DNA of 64,000 nt from Octopus vulgaris (taxonomy: Eukaryota): NCBI GenBank assembly GCA_951406725.2, contig OX597831.1, positions 79,236,001-79,300,000 of the forward strand, given 5' to 3'. Below, piece after piece: positions 58,806 to 64,000 of this stretch. The position numbers and the translations under genes are program-made. Below the pieces are notes generated by a model, which was not told the origin of the DNA, searched no databases, and saw only the letters and a program-made list of their open reading frames with translations. The first letter of the stretch is position 1. Every line of letters starts with the position of its first letter.

Positions 58806-59932
58806 GGAGACAGATAGAGAGAGAGGGGGACAGAGAGAGAGATAAATAGACAGACAGACAAATAGACAGGCTGACAGATAGATAGACAGACAAGCAGATA
58901 GAAAGAGAGGATGGAGATGGATAGGTTGGTACGTAAGACAGACAGACACATACAAACAGACAAACACACAGACGGACACACAGACCAACAGATATGTAGA
59001 AAAACAGGTAGGCGTAGATTCATGTACACAGAGAAAGATATTTATATCGATTGGATATTGAAGACCAGACTCGAAAAGAAAATAAAGTGAAATGTTGTAT
59101 GTAATATATGTATTGCAAAATGTACAAGACAGCCATCGACTTGTACTTGATCCTAACTCCATGACAGGATTCGAAATACAACTAAAAGATTGTTTTTTAC
59201 CATTATTCTGAAATTTGCTGAAATTTCGTAATTAAATAAAAGCTAGTTTAAAGTGTCAAATCCAGGCGCTTGAAAATCGGAATCGTGAAACTAAAATTTC
59301 TAACTTTTGAAGTTTCAACTTTGTGCGCACGTATATATGTATGTATGTATGTATGTATTATGTATGTGTTTCTACATACACACATTTGCTTATCAACATC
59401 TGTGTATATGTATATATATGTATGCAAATCTGTGTATGTATGTATGCACTCTCAAATAAATCCATTGTACTCCATTAAATATTTTTATCTATTTTTCTGT
59501 GATTTTGTTATGGCTAACGTCTTCACTACCACAGGCAATTCCTTACAAAAATTCTTCAAATTGTGACGTAATTTACAATTAGTAAAGTTGTCACCTCTGG
59601 TGACGTAATTGGTATCCTATTACATTATTACGCAACAGAATTGCAGTCAAGAATGGTTTTATGTATACACACACATGTATACACACACACACACACAGAT
59701 ATATACATAATAAAAAGTATTTGAAAGAACGTATTTTTATGTTAGAAGAAAGATTTTCTTCACATACTAATTATTGATTATATAAAAATAATTCTAAAAT
59801 CATAGATTACAAAATAATGTTGAAAAACAAAATTACATGAAGTCATTCTGCTTTTCGAAAAAGAAAATTAAATACAATTACACTTTTAAATTCTGGAAAA
59901 TGTTTTCCTTAAATACATACATAGATACATAG

Positions 59933-59987
<55 letters not shown>

Positions 59988-60055
59988 CACATATACATAC
60001 ATATATACATATACACATATACATACATATATACATACATAAATATATATATATA

Positions 60056-60100
<45 letters not shown>

Positions 60101-60227
60101 TGTTTACATATATGTGTATACACATCCTCATCCACACACATTAATACGTTTATATTATCTATAGATGTATAAATATATATAGCTAAATACAAATATGTAC
60201 TTAATTTATATATATATCATGTATAAC

Positions 60228-60277
<50 letters not shown>

Positions 60278-60804
60278 TATATAGTGTGTGTGTGTATGTA
60301 TGTGTATATGTATATATATACATATACATGCATATACACACAGACATATATATATATATATACATACATACATACATACACACATACATACACACATACA
60401 TACACACACTACATTACTTCGTGCGGCTCCTAACAGATTAGTGTCAACTCAAGTGAGTAAAAGGAGATCCTAGTCTGACTGCGCGTAGGTTTTGGTTCTC
60501 GAGATTGTTGCATAGTTCTGCGTGTGTGTGTGTTTATGCAAGTAGACATACTAGTGTGTGTGTGTATATGTTTGGAGAACATAAATATATTTCGACGTGT
60601 GTGTGTATGTATATATATATATATATACATATATTTATACATAAACAGACACATATATATGTATGTATGTATATATATCTACATATGTACACACACATAC
60701 ACACACACGCACACACACACACATATATATATACATATATAGATGGATAGATAGACAGACAGACAGACAGACAGGCAGGCAGGCAGACAGACAGACAGAC
60801 AGAC

Positions 60805-60867
<63 letters not shown>

Positions 60868-61985
60868 CGGATAGATGGATGGATGGATGGAGGGAGGGAT
60901 GGGTGGATGAATGGATGGATCGATGGATCGATGGATGGGTATTGATTCTCTTCATGTTTAAAGCTTTTCAATTTATCTTCCCTGGCCAACAGCTCAAAGA
61001 CAAGATTTAACAAACCAGTTGGATGATCTATATATTTACCGATTTTATTTCTATCTATCCTTTTATTCGTTTTTATCCAAGAGCGTAGGCACGAAATGTA
61101 AAAGACTTTTCCAGTTCTCCCCAGCGTCAAACTAAGACACATGCTTCCTGTTCTTACACTTCGTTTTTCTATAAATTTGAACTATATTTAACCCCACCCC
61201 CACCATATATATATATATATATAAAGTTAATCCAAACAAGAAAGCACAAAAAACACAACAACGCGAGGACGTGGAACACATATAGTATTATTGGACGCTC
61301 AGGAAAGAAGGAAAGAAGCAGGGTTTGACGTTTCGAGCGGAGCTCTTCGTCGGAACCATAGGAGAAGGAAAGATCCAAAGAAGGGAAGACAGACGAAAAA
61401 AAATCGCCAACGGTACACACGAGGTCACATACACACACACACACACGACGGGCTTCTTTCAGATTACGTCTACCAATTCCATTCTCGGGGCTCCAATCGG
61501 CCCCGATGCTAGTCTAGAAGAGACTTGCTGAAGATGCCACACAGTGAGAGAGGGCCCAGAAGGATGTGGATGAGAAGCAAGCTTCTCACTGCACCGCCAG
61601 GATTTAAACATGTGCGTATGAACCATTTACAAGGAAAACCGATGAGAGTAACTTCGAAGGTTCTGCTTCGCTGCTTTGATGACGCAGTTCACCTTTCCAG
61701 TTTTTCTTTGGGAAATAAAGCTGGACTCGACTAAAAAGTCTTCATCAATGCTGCAGCTTAAATTCTGAATTTATTTTTATGCAACGCGACATGAAACTAC
61801 TATTAACACACACATACACATGATATACACATACATAAGTATACATATATATACGTATGTATGTGTATGTCTGTGCGTATACGCGTATGCCTTCTATATG
61901 TGTGTGTATGTGTTTTTGTGTGTGTTTGCTTGCGCGTGATGTATGTGTATACATATACATGTATAGATGTGTGTATGAATGTATA

Positions 61986-62019
<34 letters not shown>

Positions 62020-62105
62020 CATATATTTATACATATATATAAATATATATACATATTTTTTCTAGTTTCAGCTCAGAGCTGCGGCCATGCTGATGCACCG
62101 CCGTT

Positions 62106-62169
<64 letters not shown>

Positions 62170-63298
62170 TATATATATATATATACATACACACACACAC
62201 ACACACACATATATACATATATACATACATACATACATACATACATATACACGCTCGCAAACCCTCGGCGGTGCACGTCCTTTCCACCCCCACCCCCACA
62301 TGAACAGGACTGACCTCCTTCCTTCAAAGAACGAACCCATACTTCCTTCTAACTTTTCTTTTGAAAGTACAAAAAAAAAAGAATAAGAATTTATAGAAAA
62401 AATTTTTTTTTAAAACCCATTTGAAACAAAACAAAGAAAAAAAACACAGCAAAACACAAAAAAATTCAGCCTCGCCCTATCTCACACTCACTCCCACCAC
62501 GACTACCACCACCGCAATCACTTCCCTCTCCACCTCCACTCCCAACGCCTCCATCACTATGGCCTCCCTTAGTTATTCCTCTCCCATTAACCTACGCCAT
62601 CTTTAACTTACTATTGTTGCTAAATCAGGCCTCTCTTCCCCTTACTCTTTCCCCTCCCTCCTCATTATTCAAACTCTCCCCACTACTCTCTCCCTCCCTC
62701 TCTCTTTCCAATGTTTTCTATTTACAAACCGCTTCCATACTTACTCACCTTTCCTTTCACTTTCTTCGCCAGTTCCCATTTTTTGTTGTTTGTTGTTTGT
62801 ATTCTTTTCTTCATTTTTTAAAAAATTTTGTTCTTATTTTTGTGGTTGTTTGATTATATTTCTTTTTTTTTTTCATGTATAATTAATTTATGAGGCGACC
62901 CCTACTTCTCGTTTGTGCTCCCTACTTCCCACTTTCAAACCAAGGAGCTCTTACCTTCTGCTGGATATAGTTTGTTTTAATTATTCACTAATCTATATCT
63001 CTCTCTCTCTCTCTCTCACACACACAAATACACACATATATACATAGACACACACACACACACACATATATACACATAAACATACGCATATATATATATA
63101 CATATGAGCTTGTATATGTGTGTGTACGTACATATATATATATTTGGATCTTGCTGTTTATTGCTGATGTTGTTGCTGCTGCGGCTGCTAAGTATTACCG
63201 TTATGTCGTGTTAAATTCCGGAATTTCTTATTGATGACTTTTATTTCCTTCTTTCTTTTCATTTTATTCTTCATCTTCTTTTTACATATCACTCCTGT

Positions 63299-63336
<38 letters not shown>

Positions 63337-63879
63337 TTAATGTCTCTCTCTCTCTCTCTCTCTTCCTCCCTTTGTCTTTACCTCGCTCTCTCCTCGTTTC
63401 TCTCTTTATTACTCGCTTTCCTTATTTCTCTCAATATTACTCGCTATCCCCCTCTGTCTCTGTCTCTCTCTCTCTCCATCTCTCTCTCCCTCTCTCTCTC
63501 CCCCCTTGCTGTACGTGTGTGCACCTATCTCTTTCTCTTTCTCACATATGTATTTCCCCATGAATTCCCCATATCTTCTTCAATACACGTTCTTTATATA
63601 TTTGTCCAACTGTCTTGCCCTTATTATTGCTGTACGTCAGCAGACACACTCACAAACATACACACACACACACTCACATACACACACCCTCACATACATG
63701 TATACATACATACGTACACAATGCACACATACATACATGTGCACGCACATATACGTATGTATGCGCATGCTTATGTATATAGAGATGAAAATAGATATAT
63801 ATGCCAATGAGGCATATATAAATGTAGATGTGTGTGTGTGTATACACACACGCATATCTATATACTATATATGTATAAT

Positions 63880-64000
63880 ATGCATTCTCTTTGTTTATTT
63901 TCTCTTATTTCTTTCTGTTGAAGAGCGTAAGCTCGAAATGCAAAAGACTTTTTCATTTTTCCCGAGAGTCAAACGAATAGACATTCTCGTTGTTCATACA
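63880..64000 (+). mobile_element. Short Penelope-like repeat, third family (second copy at about 61040-61183), truncated by the window edge
   Basis: Shared GAGCGTA.GC.CGAAATG.AAAAGACTTTT...GTCAAAC. Positions 63911-63946 read CUUU-CUGUUGA-A-GAGC(guaa)GCUC-GAAAU-GCA-AAAG, a decayed hammerhead layout. Confidence 0.5.

Overview
Eukaryotic genomic DNA, very rich in microsatellites and SINEs. The repeat landscape looks like an octopus (coleoid cephalopod) genome; that is an inference from repeat content. The only host gene I can support is a minus-strand NK7-class homeobox gene. One exon (15582-15796) carries homeodomain residues 1-44. After a 10.67-kb phase-0 intron, a 2-kb terminal exon (2887-4911) carries helix 3 and about 650 aa of mostly low-complexity sequence. 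I could not find the 5' coding exon in the window. The rest is non-coding: three tRNA-derived SINE families, Tx1/L1-like and CR1/L2-like LINE remnants, mariner remnants, a hAT MITE and a non-autonomous Helitron. Several short Penelope-like repeats carry minimal hammerhead-ribozyme-like motifs, three of them as inverted (foldback) pairs. The strongest observations are the hammerhead motif cluster and a composite SINE whose internal tail matches the 3' end of the Tx1-like LINE in this window and always joins the next SINE unit at the same position. Nearly all other ORFs in the track are microsatellite translation artefacts.
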